This document shows, piece by piece, positions 18,626-28,237 of a stretch of 64,000 nt of DNA. Origin of the DNA: a virus (Duplodnaviria > Caudoviricetes); the IMG/VR virus record IMGVR_UViG_3300010883_026628, positions 2,064 through 66,063 of that record. One strand, written 5' to 3'. The notes under the pieces were generated by a model. It worked only from the letters and a program-made list of their open reading frames with translations, was not told the DNA's origin and ran no database searches. The position numbers were made by a program, and so were the translations under genes. Numbering within the stretch: position 1 is the stretch's first letter; the number at the start of each line of letters is the position of its first letter.

Positions 18626-18840
18626 AAAAATTAAAAAAATTCTGTACATCCTCATTTTTTCACTTACATATAGATCTGTATTCAGTTAACAGTAATTCTG
18701 TATATTCTTTATTACTATAATACTATATTACTATACTACTATACTACTATACTACTATACTGGATCTATAGATCTTTAATAACTGATCTTTCTGATCTTT
18801 AATAAGTTATTAATATAATGTAATAATAAAGAGGACAATT
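18626..18840. other. Candidate replication origin / regulatory region
   Basis: Very AT-rich non-coding gap with 8-bp repeats. GATCT at 18673, 18763, 18771, 18785 and 18794. Palindrome GATCTATAGATC; direct repeat GATCTTTAATAA x2. Confidence 0.45.
18713..18760. repeat. Six tandem copies of the 8-mer TACTATA(A/T/C)
   Basis: TACTATAA TACTATAT (TACTATAC)x4, read directly. Confidence 0.95.
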
Positions 18841-20733
18841 ATGTTCGATACCCCGTTTAAAGAAGAAATTCCAGATATTATCTTTGTCGCAGACTTTTAT
18901 GCTAAAGATATCCCAGGTGGCGCTGAACTAACTACTCAGGCCTTGATAGATAGTGCTCCAGAGAATATTAATATATCAGCTATATACTCAAAAGATCTTA
19001 CAATGGAGTTAATGCAAAAGTACAAAGACTGTTATTGGATATTTACAAATTTTTCCGGAATTAATCTAAACCTAATACCTACCGCTGCATCTAATCTAGA
19101 TTACTCTATTATAGAGTACGATTATAAGTTTTGCAAATATCGCTCTATAGAAAAACATCAGCATATTGAAAATGCAGAATGTGATTGTCATGAGCAAATT
19201 CATGGAAAGATGATCTCTGCATTCTTCCTAGGCGCCAAAAATGTTTGGTGGATGTCTGAGGCTCAGGAACAACGATATATCGACCGATTTCCCTTTTTAG
19301 GAGAAATAGAGTCAGTAGTATTAAGCTCTGTTTTCGATGATAAATTTTTTATAAAAATTGCTGACCTGAATAAAGAAGAAAAAGACAGAACGGGTTGGCT
19401 GATTCTAGAGTCGACCAGCTGGATAAAGGGCACTGATGATGCTGTAGAACATTGCGAAAAAAATAATCTAGATTTCGAAAAACTTTCCGGCTTATCGCAC
19501 ACTCAGGTTCTAGAAAAACTATCCTCTGCAGAAGGGCTGGTATACCTTCCCAGGGGTGGCGACACATGTCCTCGATTAGTTATCGAAGCTAAGATGCTAG
19601 GGTGCGATTTAGTTTTAAATGAATATGTTCAACACAAGAATGAGATTTGGTTTAATACCACTGACAGCTTCGACACTAGCGCTTATCTTTTTGCCGCTCG
19701 TGAAAGATTTTGGGATGGTATAATTTCTAAGATGAATTGGTCACCAACAATTTCAGGTTATACGACTGTTTATAACTGCGACGAAAATGAATACCCATGG
19801 GAAAAATGCATTGAATCGATGTTAGGTTTTTGCGATGAAGTTATTATCATCGACGGTGGATCCACAGATGGTACATGGGAAAAATTAATAAAGATGTCTG
19901 AATTAGATTCCCGTCTAGTAGTTGAGCAAAATATTATAGATTGGGACCATCCACGCTTCGCATATCGTAGTGATGGAATGCAAAAAGCATATGCACGCTT
20001 AAAGTGCTCTTCTGACTTTTGTTGGCAAATGGATAGCGATGAGTTTGTTCTTCCAAAAGACTATAAGAAAGTCAAAGATTTAGTCAAGAGATTCCCAAAG
20101 TTAACTGAATTAGTAGCCTTACCAGTCGTTGAATTCTGGGGAGGTTACGATAAAATACGCGTAGACGTTAACCCATGGAAGTGGAGAGTATCAAAAAATA
20201 TCCCTCAAATAACCCATGGCATCCCCCTAGAGCTTCGAAGGGAAGATGAGGATGGAAATCTATATACTGCACCGGGCAGTGACACATGTGACTATATTCA
20301 TCCTGAAAGCTTTAAGAGAACAAAGTTTTTGGCTTTCTATTCTGAAGAAATTGAGCACCATCGAAGAAATGCATTAGTAGGTAATCATGATAGTTTAGAA
20401 AAATTCCAAAGCTGGATAGCCATGGCTACCGAAAGCATTCCAACCATTTATCATATGTCATGGTTCGACTTAGAAAGAAAGATTAATCTATATAAGAATT
20501 TTTGGTCTAAGTTTTGGCAATCTCAATATAATATGCCCCAGGAAGATACTCCGGAAAATAATATGTTTTTTAATAAGAAATGGTCTAGTGTAACCAATGA
20601 AGAAATAAAGGAGTTAGCAATCCGTCTAGGTACTGAGATGGGTGGTTGGATATTTCATAATAAGATTGACTGGAACGCTAAAACCCCTCATATCACCATC
20701 ACTCACGGTTGCAAAGAGTTTCTGGAGAATTAA
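18841..20733 (+). CDS. Bifunctional glycosyltransferase (N-terminal GT-B/GT4-like + C-terminal GT2)
   Basis: GT-B motif DTCPRLVIEAKMLGC. GT2 motifs ISGYTTVYN..CIESML..DEVIIIDGGSTDGT and QMDSDE. Confidence 0.8.
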   Translation: MFDTPFKEEIPDIIFVADFYAKDIPGGAELTTQALIDSAPENINISAIYSKDLTMELMQKYKDCYWIFTNFSGINLNLIPTAASNLDYSIIEYDYKFCKYRSIEKHQHIENAECDCHEQIHGKMISAFFLGAKNVWWMSEAQEQRYIDRFPFLGEIESVVLSSVFDDKFFIKIADLNKEEKDRTGWLILESTSWIKGTDDAVEHCEKNNLDFEKLSGLSHTQVLEKLSSAEGLVYLPRGGDTCPRLVIEAKMLGCDLVLNEYVQHKNEIWFNTTDSFDTSAYLFAARERFWDGIISKMNWSPTISGYTTVYNCDENEYPWEKCIESMLGFCDEVIIIDGGSTDGTWEKLIKMSELDSRLVVEQNIIDWDHPRFAYRSDGMQKAYARLKCSSDFCWQMDSDEFVLPKDYKKVKDLVKRFPKLTELVALPVVEFWGGYDKIRVDVNPWKWRVSKNIPQITHGIPLELRREDEDGNLYTAPGSDTCDYIHPESFKRTKFLAFYSEEIEHHRRNALVGNHDSLEKFQSWIAMATESIPTIYHMSWFDLERKINLYKNFWSKFWQSQYNMPQEDTPENNMFFNKKWSSVTNEEIKELAIRLGTEMGGWIFHNKIDWNAKTPHITITHGCKEFLEN

Positions 20734-20735
20734 AG

Positions 20736-21440
20736 ATGCCAAAAGTATCTATAATTGTACCGGTTAAAAACTGCGGTAAAACAATCAACAAATCAATAAA
20801 GTCAGTGCTAGATCAAACATATACTGACTTCGAAATAATCGTTGTTGACAATAATTGTACTGATGATACAATCAAAAAAATTCGATCGCTAAAAGATGAT
20901 AGAATAAAAGTAGTTGAATGTCATATTCCTGGTATAGTCCCAGCATTAAATACTGGACTAAAAAACGCGACAGCTCCGTTAATTGCTCGTCAAGATGGCG
21001 ATGATGTCTGGTATGTGGACAAACTGGAAAAGCAAATAAAGATCTTTGATAATAGGGATAATATTGATATATGTGGAACTCAAATAAGACTAGTAACAGC
21101 AGCCGGTATTGTCACTGATGACGAATTTCGCTATCCACTAAACGATACAGCGATAAAGTCCTGGCTTTTGACTGGTAAGAATGCTATAGCGCACCCTTCA
21201 GTAATGTTTAAAAAAGAAGTATTGTTAAGGATCGGTGGTTATGATGATTCATACCCTATTGCAGAAGATCATCATATGTGGTTAAGGTGTATCAAATGGT
21301 TTAACTTTTGCAATTTAGGAGAGGTTCTGGTGGACTATAATTCTAATCATAATCCAAAATATGACCCCCAAATTCCATTATTGGCTTCTGAGGCTCAATT
21401 TAAGTTATTAAAACACACAGGGTTTGTAAAAGTATGCTAA
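20736..21440 (+). CDS. GT2 family glycosyltransferase
   Basis: VSIIVPVKN, SVLDQTYTDFEIIVVDNNCTDDT, ARQDGDD, HPSVM and AEDHHMW. ATG at 20736 preferred over 20709. Confidence 0.92.
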   Translation: MPKVSIIVPVKNCGKTINKSIKSVLDQTYTDFEIIVVDNNCTDDTIKKIRSLKDDRIKVVECHIPGIVPALNTGLKNATAPLIARQDGDDVWYVDKLEKQIKIFDNRDNIDICGTQIRLVTAAGIVTDDEFRYPLNDTAIKSWLLTGKNAIAHPSVMFKKEVLLRIGGYDDSYPIAEDHHMWLRCIKWFNFCNLGEVLVDYNSNHNPKYDPQIPLLASEAQFKLLKHTGFVKVC

Positions 21441-22216
21441 CTAGTCTACAAATAGGACAAAATGGTCGTTTAGGAAACCAAATGTTTCAATATGCGGCTT
21501 TAGCGTCCGTTGCCTTCACCAGAGGGTTTAACCATTATTTGCAAAAAAATGATGATGTTGACTTATGGAAAATATTCAAGATGGAAGGTGTAGACATCTT
21601 GACAGAAGAGATAGCTAATACATTACAATACCGATATCCCGAACCTGACTTTCATTTCAATGCTAGCGCATTTTTAGTAGAAGACAATACTGATATGTTT
21701 GGGTATTTTCAGTCACCAATATATTTTGGTAATTGTTTTGAGATGATAAAAAAGACATTTACTTTTAAAGATGAGATAAGTACCGTAGCAACTACTACTT
21801 TTAAGAAACACACAGATACCCGACCAATATGCTCTATACATATACGGAGGGGTGATTATCTAACTAAGAGTAACTACCACCCTCCGTGTACAATTGAGTA
21901 CTATAACGAAGCAAAAAAACGTGTTCTCGCAGCCACTAACAACAACATTAAATTTCTTCTATTTGGTGATGATCATCAATGGATCAAAGATAACTTATTA
22001 GACGATCGTTCCACTTTAATTGAAGGAAATACTCCAGAGGTAGACATGTGTATGATGTCAAAATGTTCTGCACATATTATATCTAACTCTTCTTTTTCAT
22101 GGTGGGGAGCTGTGTTAGGAAATTTTCAGGGTGTAGTGGCTCCCAGTATGTGGTTTGGTCCTGATGGACCTAAGAGATGGGACACAATTTATATCCATGG
22201 ATGGAGTGTGGTGTGA
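21434..22216 (+). CDS. GT11 alpha-1,2-fucosyltransferase
   Basis: GRLGNQMFQYA, GYFQS, HIRRGDY and IISNSSFSWWGA. Confidence 0.92.
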   Translation: MLTSLQIGQNGRLGNQMFQYAALASVAFTRGFNHYLQKNDDVDLWKIFKMEGVDILTEEIANTLQYRYPEPDFHFNASAFLVEDNTDMFGYFQSPIYFGNCFEMIKKTFTFKDEISTVATTTFKKHTDTRPICSIHIRRGDYLTKSNYHPPCTIEYYNEAKKRVLAATNNNIKFLLFGDDHQWIKDNLLDDRSTLIEGNTPEVDMCMMSKCSAHIISNSSFSWWGAVLGNFQGVVAPSMWFGPDGPKRWDTIYIHGWSVV

Positions 22217-22956
22217 CTAGTATAGGTATAATTTTCATTGGTACCGGCCCCTATATAGAATTTCTTGACGGATTTCAAAAAAGGGTAAATCGTTTTTTTT
22301 GTCCTAAAATAGAGAAGAAAATCTACGCGTTTACAGACTGTATGGACCATTCTAGTCTAGATTATAAAAACATAGAGTCTATTCAAATTGATCATGTGGG
22401 GTGGCCTTTTATAACTTTACATCGTTTTAAATTTATGAACTCGATATCTGATAAGCTAAGATCTCATTCTCATATTTTCTTTATCGACGCCGACTTGTGG
22501 CCTGTAGATGATATTCATTTTTCTGATTTCTTTGATACGGGAGAAAGTCATGACTTTGTAGCTGTCCAGCATCCAGGATTTGTCGATAAGCCCGGGACAT
22601 TTGAGAATAATAAAGAATCCACCGCCTTTGCATACTCAGGCCTTTATGATTTATCTGTGTATCGTCAGGGTTGCTTTTGGGGTGGTACGGTTGAGTCTAT
22701 ACTCGCTATGATATCTACTTGCGAGAAGAACGTAGACACAGATACAAACAACAATATTATAGCAAAATGGCACGATGAATCTCATATGAATAAATATTTT
22801 TTACAAAATCCCACCAACGTAAAGACCTTAAGTCCTGGATACGCAACACCAGAAGCGCCAGGCTACGATTTCGTTTGGAGGACCCATAAAGTTAAAATGG
22901 TTCACTTGAATAAAGATCCTAAAGAGTTTCCTAGATTCGAAGGTGCAGGTAACTAA
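22213..22956 (+). CDS. GT6 (ABO/alpha-1,3-Gal(NAc) transferase family) glycosyltransferase
   Basis: IGIIFIGTGPY..F, FTD, WPFITLHRF, DAD (DXD), HPGF, QGCFWGG and AKWHDESHMNKYF. GTGA overlap with the GT11 stop. Confidence 0.9.
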   Translation: MTSIGIIFIGTGPYIEFLDGFQKRVNRFFCPKIEKKIYAFTDCMDHSSLDYKNIESIQIDHVGWPFITLHRFKFMNSISDKLRSHSHIFFIDADLWPVDDIHFSDFFDTGESHDFVAVQHPGFVDKPGTFENNKESTAFAYSGLYDLSVYRQGCFWGGTVESILAMISTCEKNVDTDTNNNIIAKWHDESHMNKYFLQNPTNVKTLSPGYATPEAPGYDFVWRTHKVKMVHLNKDPKEFPRFEGAGN

Positions 22957-22958
22957 TA

Positions 22959-23912
22959 ATGAAAATTTGTATTATTGGCCCCGGAATGATATCTATACCT
23001 CCTATTGGCTGGGGTGCTGTTGAAATTTTAATAGATGATTATAGAAATAGTCTAGAAGCTCTAGGTCACGAAGTATACATCATTAATACAAAAGATATGG
23101 CATTAGCTGCTTTCATTACCAACAATCTTTCTCCTGACTTTGTCCACGTCCAATATGACGATTATATCGACTTAGCCAAAGATCTGGTGTGCAAAAACGT
23201 AGCAATTACTAGCCACTACGCTTATCTAGAGAACAAATCTAGATGGAATCACGATTATAACAATTTTTTTATAAAGACATGTCTCTCAGATATAAACATA
23301 TTTTGTTTGTCTGAAGAGATCGCTAGTGTATACCGCGACGCATGTGTTTCTGATGATAGGTTATTCGTGACCAGGAACGGCGTTCGTAATGACTTATTTG
23401 ACTTTAACGAAGAATGCTTAAAACCTAATGATAGCATTTACTTAGCAAAAATTGATGAAAGAAAAGGCCAATATAAATACCGTCATATAGAAAGTTTATG
23501 GTTCCACGGTGGAATTTCTGATAATCGATTTCCTGACTGGCACCCTCGCTATTTAGGCGAAGTGACAAAGCAAGAACTGTATAAGCGTCTAACACAGTGG
23601 GCAAATTTGGTTTTGCTAAGTGATGGTGAAGCCCATCCACTAGTTTGTATGGAGGCGCTGTCTGCCGGACTAGGATTGGTTTTATCTGAGTGCGCCACTG
23701 CAAATCTAGATGTTAAGCTACCATTCATAGATATTATTCCTAATGACAGACTAGACGATATTGAATATGTTTCCGGTGTTATAGGCAGAAATAGAGAGAA
23801 GTCAATTACTATGAGGAGTGAAATAAAAGAGTACAGTACATTCTTTTCTTGGTCGGAAACAATCAAAAGCAATTATATACCAATTATTGAAAAAATAATA
23901 GGTAAAAAATAA
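22959..23912 (+). CDS. GT-B (GT4-like) glycosyltransferase, paralog 1
   Basis: IPPIGWGAVE, LAKIDERKGQ and LSDGEAHPLVCMEALSAG. Confidence 0.85.
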   Translation: MKICIIGPGMISIPPIGWGAVEILIDDYRNSLEALGHEVYIINTKDMALAAFITNNLSPDFVHVQYDDYIDLAKDLVCKNVAITSHYAYLENKSRWNHDYNNFFIKTCLSDINIFCLSEEIASVYRDACVSDDRLFVTRNGVRNDLFDFNEECLKPNDSIYLAKIDERKGQYKYRHIESLWFHGGISDNRFPDWHPRYLGEVTKQELYKRLTQWANLVLLSDGEAHPLVCMEALSAGLGLVLSECATANLDVKLPFIDIIPNDRLDDIEYVSGVIGRNREKSITMRSEIKEYSTFFSWSETIKSNYIPIIEKIIGKK

Positions 23913-23916
23913 CGAT

Positions 23917-24858
23917 ATGAAAATTTGTTTAATAGGTCCTGGAATTCTACCAATTCCTCCCACTGGATGGGGCGGTTGCGAAATATTAATGTGGAATCTA
24001 AAGTGCGAACTAGAAAATCAAGGCCATGATGTCCTAATAGTTAATACTAAAGATCTACGAAAAGCTATTAACGATACGAATATATGGTCTCCTGACTTCG
24101 TTCATCTTCATTATGATGAATATGCTGATATTATGCCCTACATAACTGCTCCTCGAGCAATGACTAGTCATTATCCCTATCTAGACTACCCTGCAAAACG
24201 ATCTGGCTACGAATGGATATTTCAGAAGTTTTCACAAAACCATTCTCATATTTTTAGTCTTTCCGATAGAAACAGTTATCACTTTAGAATTAATGGGGTC
24301 AGTTCAGATCTCGTCTGGGACTGGATGTATGGGGTTCCATCATCAGATTTCCGCTTTGTTGAAAGTCCCGTACATCATAATAAGACGATATGCTTAGGGA
24401 AAATAGAGCCAAGAAAGTTCCAATCTTTCCTACAAAATGTTAAAAATATAGATTTTGCCGGTCCTATAGCAGATAATAGATTTAAGAAATTATCAAGTTA
24501 TTTAGGAATCTGGACTAGGGATCAAGTCTATAATAACTTAACTAATTATGCTAATTTAGTTTTGTTTAGCGATGGCGAAGCAGCTCCGCAGGTTGTACCT
24601 GAAGCCCTCATCGCCGGCTGTGGGTTAGTACTTTCAGAAGAAGCCGCGGCCAACCTAGACTTAAGTCTACCATTTATAGACGTCGTAAAAACAGATTGTT
24701 CTTCTGATGAGCTTGATATTATAATAAAAAATAATAGAATTAAATCGTTAGGTATGCGGAGCCAAATTAGGAAATATGGCCTAAATAAATTTGGTATGAC
24801 TAGCTGTACAAAGTTATATATCAAAAAAATAGAAAAGATTATTGCTGATGCTAGATAG
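23917..24858 (+). CDS. GT-B (GT4-like) glycosyltransferase, paralog 2
   Basis: IPPTGWGGCE, LGKIEPRKFQ and FSDGEAAPQVVPEALIAG; collinear with paralog 1. Confidence 0.85.
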   Translation: MKICLIGPGILPIPPTGWGGCEILMWNLKCELENQGHDVLIVNTKDLRKAINDTNIWSPDFVHLHYDEYADIMPYITAPRAMTSHYPYLDYPAKRSGYEWIFQKFSQNHSHIFSLSDRNSYHFRINGVSSDLVWDWMYGVPSSDFRFVESPVHHNKTICLGKIEPRKFQSFLQNVKNIDFAGPIADNRFKKLSSYLGIWTRDQVYNNLTNYANLVLFSDGEAAPQVVPEALIAGCGLVLSEEAAANLDLSLPFIDVVKTDCSSDELDIIIKNNRIKSLGMRSQIRKYGLNKFGMTSCTKLYIKKIEKIIADAR

Positions 24859-24866
24859 GATAGAAT

Positions 24867-25868
24867 ATGCTTAATTTTGAAAATATAGATGAAAAGTTTG
24901 TAAGAACAGTTAATAGCGAAGAGTGGAAAGAACTCCAGTCAAAATATAATAAGTGCAGTGATATATACGTTCTGGGTCACGGTGGAAATATGGCCGTTGC
25001 AGACCACACAGCTATTGATATGACGCGCCTTTCTAATGGGACAAAAAATGCGATATGTCCAGGAAGTTGTGTTGTGGCAACCTCATATATTAACGATACA
25101 AATTTTGATCAATGGATGGTTGCCTGGCTTCAGTCTAGAACCTCAACAAGAACGAAGTCTCAAATGTCAAATTCTCTTGTGTATGGGATATCATCATCTG
25201 GAAAATCAAAAGATGTAATCAAAGCGCTTCAATGGGCATCTGACAATGGAATGGAAGTATGTCTAATCACTGCAAAACCAATAGAGCCAGAAATAAAAAG
25301 CCTAACTCAAGTAGTATTAAACGTAGATTATTATCATACAGCAGAGTGCCTTTCCCTGTTATTACAGTATCAGTTGACTCACGGCTCCGGAAATGTTTGT
25401 CCCCCGATTGGCCAAAATACACCGGAAGAGTTAGAGAGATTAAACTGGAAAGGAACAGAGATCAGGAAGCATAGTTATCCTGATGAAAAAGTAAATATAG
25501 GTGTAGATTTCGATGGTGTTATTCACAAATGTAGTAAAGGATTTTTTAATGGTACGATTTACGATGATCCAATTGATGGTTCAAGGGAAGCCTTAAAGCA
25601 GCTTTCTGAAAATAATGTTGTGATTATATACACATGCAAAGCAAAGCCAGATCGAGGATTAGTCGATGGAAAAACTGGTACAGAATTAGTTTGGGATTGG
25701 TTAAAAAAGCATAATATGGCGCAATACGTTTCAAAAGTAACAGCTGAAAAACCTCGTGCTAAATTCTATATTGATGATAAAGCAATAGAATTTAAGAGCT
25801 GGTCCCAAGCGTTAAAAAGAATAAACCTTGGTACTAATGTCCTTAAAGATTCTAATGAAAAGTCTTGA
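24867..25868 (+). CDS. SIS (GmhA-like) sugar-phosphate isomerase fused to a HAD phosphatase
   Basis: SIS motifs IYVLGHGGNMAVADH and GISSSGKSKDVIKAL. HAD motifs IGVDFDGVIH, IYT and KP..KFYIDDKA. Confidence 0.8.
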   Translation: MLNFENIDEKFVRTVNSEEWKELQSKYNKCSDIYVLGHGGNMAVADHTAIDMTRLSNGTKNAICPGSCVVATSYINDTNFDQWMVAWLQSRTSTRTKSQMSNSLVYGISSSGKSKDVIKALQWASDNGMEVCLITAKPIEPEIKSLTQVVLNVDYYHTAECLSLLLQYQLTHGSGNVCPPIGQNTPEELERLNWKGTEIRKHSYPDEKVNIGVDFDGVIHKCSKGFFNGTIYDDPIDGSREALKQLSENNVVIIYTCKAKPDRGLVDGKTGTELVWDWLKKHNMAQYVSKVTAEKPRAKFYIDDKAIEFKSWSQALKRINLGTNVLKDSNEKS

Positions 25869-26568
25869 TCATAAAATTTTAGGAAAGAAACTGTCTTTAA
25901 AGAAAGCAAAAAGCCAAATAGACAGTTTGATTATCGATTTAGAGCAGCAACATTACTTGCACAGAAAGATCCAATTCTTGCTCGATATTCGAGGATATCT
26001 AAAGGTTAATAATATTTCTGGGTCTTATGTCGAATTTGGTTCATTCAAATCAGAAATGCAATATGCTGCTTTTAAAATTTTAGAAGAGACCGATTGTATC
26101 ACTAGTTACGTAGGCTTAGATTCATTTAGCGATAATCTAGAATTTTCCGATGAAGATAAAGATCATAATATATATGAGATCCCCACCGATTTTAATTGTG
26201 ATTTCGAGACAGTTGATAAGTTCGTAAAGAGTAATATCGGTGAAAAAGCCGTACTAATTCAGGGCGATTTTCGCACAAACAAGATAAAAGAAGAATTTAA
26301 AAGTGCTGTTAATGACATTTCCGTAGCAGTTTTTGATTGTAACTTTGTGTCTTCAACCACCGCTGCTTTAGAACTCTTAGATGAGCTTGTTATTCCAGGA
26401 TGCGTGTTATTTTTTGATGATTATTTAACTAATTTTAATAATGGCGTTCCAGCAATGCCAGATTTAATTGATACATTTTTTAGCAAGTCTAGATTTGAAT
26501 TATTAGATCATGGTTCTTACCCACCATTCGGAAAATCGTTTATTGTAATAGAGAGAGGTCGACAATGA
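25855..26568 (+). CDS. TylF/MycF-like sugar O-methyltransferase
   Basis: GSYVEFG, GLDSF, LIQGDF, FDCNF.SST and PGCVLFFDDY. Confidence 0.75.
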   Translation: MKSLDHKILGKKLSLKKAKSQIDSLIIDLEQQHYLHRKIQFLLDIRGYLKVNNISGSYVEFGSFKSEMQYAAFKILEETDCITSYVGLDSFSDNLEFSDEDKDHNIYEIPTDFNCDFETVDKFVKSNIGEKAVLIQGDFRTNKIKEEFKSAVNDISVAVFDCNFVSSTTAALELLDELVIPGCVLFFDDYLTNFNNGVPAMPDLIDTFFSKSRFELLDHGSYPPFGKSFIVIERGRQ

Positions 26569-27335
26569 AAGAATGGATAGAGATAGATAGCGATTTCGCA
26601 ACTTTTGTTTCCGGAAAATCTATTGCTTTAGTTGGTCCTTCCAGTTCGACTATTGGTAAAGATTATGGAAAAAAAATCGATAATTTTGATATTGTTGCTC
26701 GGGTTAAGAGCTTTAACTATCCGGATGATATGAAAGGTGACTTAGGGTCTAGGACAGAGATTTTGTATACTACAAATCCGCTTGATCGTGCAGATCTAAA
26801 AGATTTTTCTGAATATCCCCATCCTGCCACTGGTAAATTGACATATCATTATGAAAAATATGATAATTTCAAACAGTATGAAGGGATTACTTTTGTAGTT
26901 TCTACATATCCTCAAGATGAATGGTTTTCTAATCGTTACGTTGGTGATTTTGATAAGCTAAGAAAATCCGGAATAACACAATCTAGATTTGTAAATTCAA
27001 AATCGTATTTTGAGGCAAGGAATTCTACCAACAGACCAAATTCAGGCTTCAGCGCGATTATAGATATTCTAAGCTTTAATATTAAGTCACTTCACATTTT
27101 TGGTCTAGATTTTCATAGAGTAATGTATAGGGGTGGATACCAAAACTCTCTTTATTCTCATGAGACGATTAAGACAGATACCAGTTGTAGTGACGGCCCG
27201 GACACACATCAACCAGATTTACAGTACCAATATTTTAAGCAGAAAATATGGAAGAAGGACGTTCGTGTTAACGTTGATGATGCTTTAAGTGAATTTTTAA
27301 GTGATCCTAAATATGATTGGATATATAGGGGTTAG
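26565..27335 (+). CDS. GT29-like (sialyltransferase-fold) glycosyltransferase 1
   Basis: Sialylmotif-L-like IALVGP......YGKKIDNFDIVARV...DLGSRTEI, sialylmotif-S-like RPNSGFSAIIDIL....LHIFGLDF, and VS-like H.PD.Q. Confidence 0.75.
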   Translation: MKEWIEIDSDFATFVSGKSIALVGPSSSTIGKDYGKKIDNFDIVARVKSFNYPDDMKGDLGSRTEILYTTNPLDRADLKDFSEYPHPATGKLTYHYEKYDNFKQYEGITFVVSTYPQDEWFSNRYVGDFDKLRKSGITQSRFVNSKSYFEARNSTNRPNSGFSAIIDILSFNIKSLHIFGLDFHRVMYRGGYQNSLYSHETIKTDTSCSDGPDTHQPDLQYQYFKQKIWKKDVRVNVDDALSEFLSDPKYDWIYRG

Positions 27336-27337
27336 TT

Positions 27338-28237
27338 ATGAAGGTCTTAATAACAGGTGCCGCGGGATTTATAGGATTTGCATTAGCGAATAGATTAAAT
27401 AAAGATCATGATGTTACTTTACTCGATTTTGATACGCGTTGGAAGAAGTGCCATGATTCCTTTAAAAGATATTCAGCTGATATATCCGCTTATGAAGCAT
27501 TAGACAATTTAGAAGAAAATTTTGATATAGTTTTTCATTTAGCCGCGCAGTCATCTGGGTATATTTCTTTAATACGTCCGGAGGATGATGTTGACTGGAA
27601 TGCCAAGGGCACTTTAAACATATGTAATTTTTGTCGAAGGACTGGTATAAAAAAGATTGTGTATGCTTCGTCCATGGCCATCTATGGTGAAGGTGACAAT
27701 TTATCAGAGTCAAATTCCCCAAACCCAATTTCTAATTATGGTGTATCAAAGTTAGCAGGGGAACTGTACATAAAGGTTTTTAGCAATTACGATCTAAATT
27801 ATACAATATTTAGGTTGTTTAATACATACGGTCCATCTCAAGATTTAGATAATTTGAGACAAGGAATGGCTTCAATCTATTTGGCGCAGTCTTTAAACGG
27901 TAATGTAATTAAAGTGACCGGTTCTTTTGATCGATATCGTGATTGTGTATACATAGATGATGTGATTGATGCGTTTGAGCTATCATTAAAGCCAGTAACA
28001 GATAATGAGGTTTATAATGTAGGAACCGGTGTATCATCCACAGTTGAGGATTTAATAGAAGTTATATTAGACGCTCATGACAAGCCAAGAGAAGAGTTTC
28101 AAGTTGTAAATGTAGGAAGCCATGATGGAGATCAGCACGGTAATTATGCAAATTGTTCCAAGTTAAAATCGATTGGGTGGAAACCAAAAGTTTCTTTAAG
28201 GGAAGGGATAAGAAGATTTTATGAGGCGGTTAAGTAA
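27338..28237 (+). CDS. NAD-dependent nucleotide-sugar epimerase/dehydratase (extended SDR)
   Basis: TGAAGFIG, HLAAQ, ASSMAIYG, YGVSK and RLFNTYGP. Confidence 0.92.
   Translation: MKVLITGAAGFIGFALANRLNKDHDVTLLDFDTRWKKCHDSFKRYSADISAYEALDNLEENFDIVFHLAAQSSGYISLIRPEDDVDWNAKGTLNICNFCRRTGIKKIVYASSMAIYGEGDNLSESNSPNPISNYGVSKLAGELYIKVFSNYDLNYTIFRLFNTYGPSQDLDNLRQGMASIYLAQSLNGNVIKVTGSFDRYRDCVYIDDVIDAFELSLKPVTDNEVYNVGTGVSSTVEDLIEVILDAHDKPREEFQVVNVGSHDGDQHGNYANCSKLKSIGWKPKVSLREGIRRFYEAVK

Noticed and set aside
18713-18805. Repeats considered as a CRISPR array
   Set aside because: The units are 8-12 bp and tandem, with no unique spacers. The only Cas-like gene is a solo Cas4-like nuclease 16 kb away.
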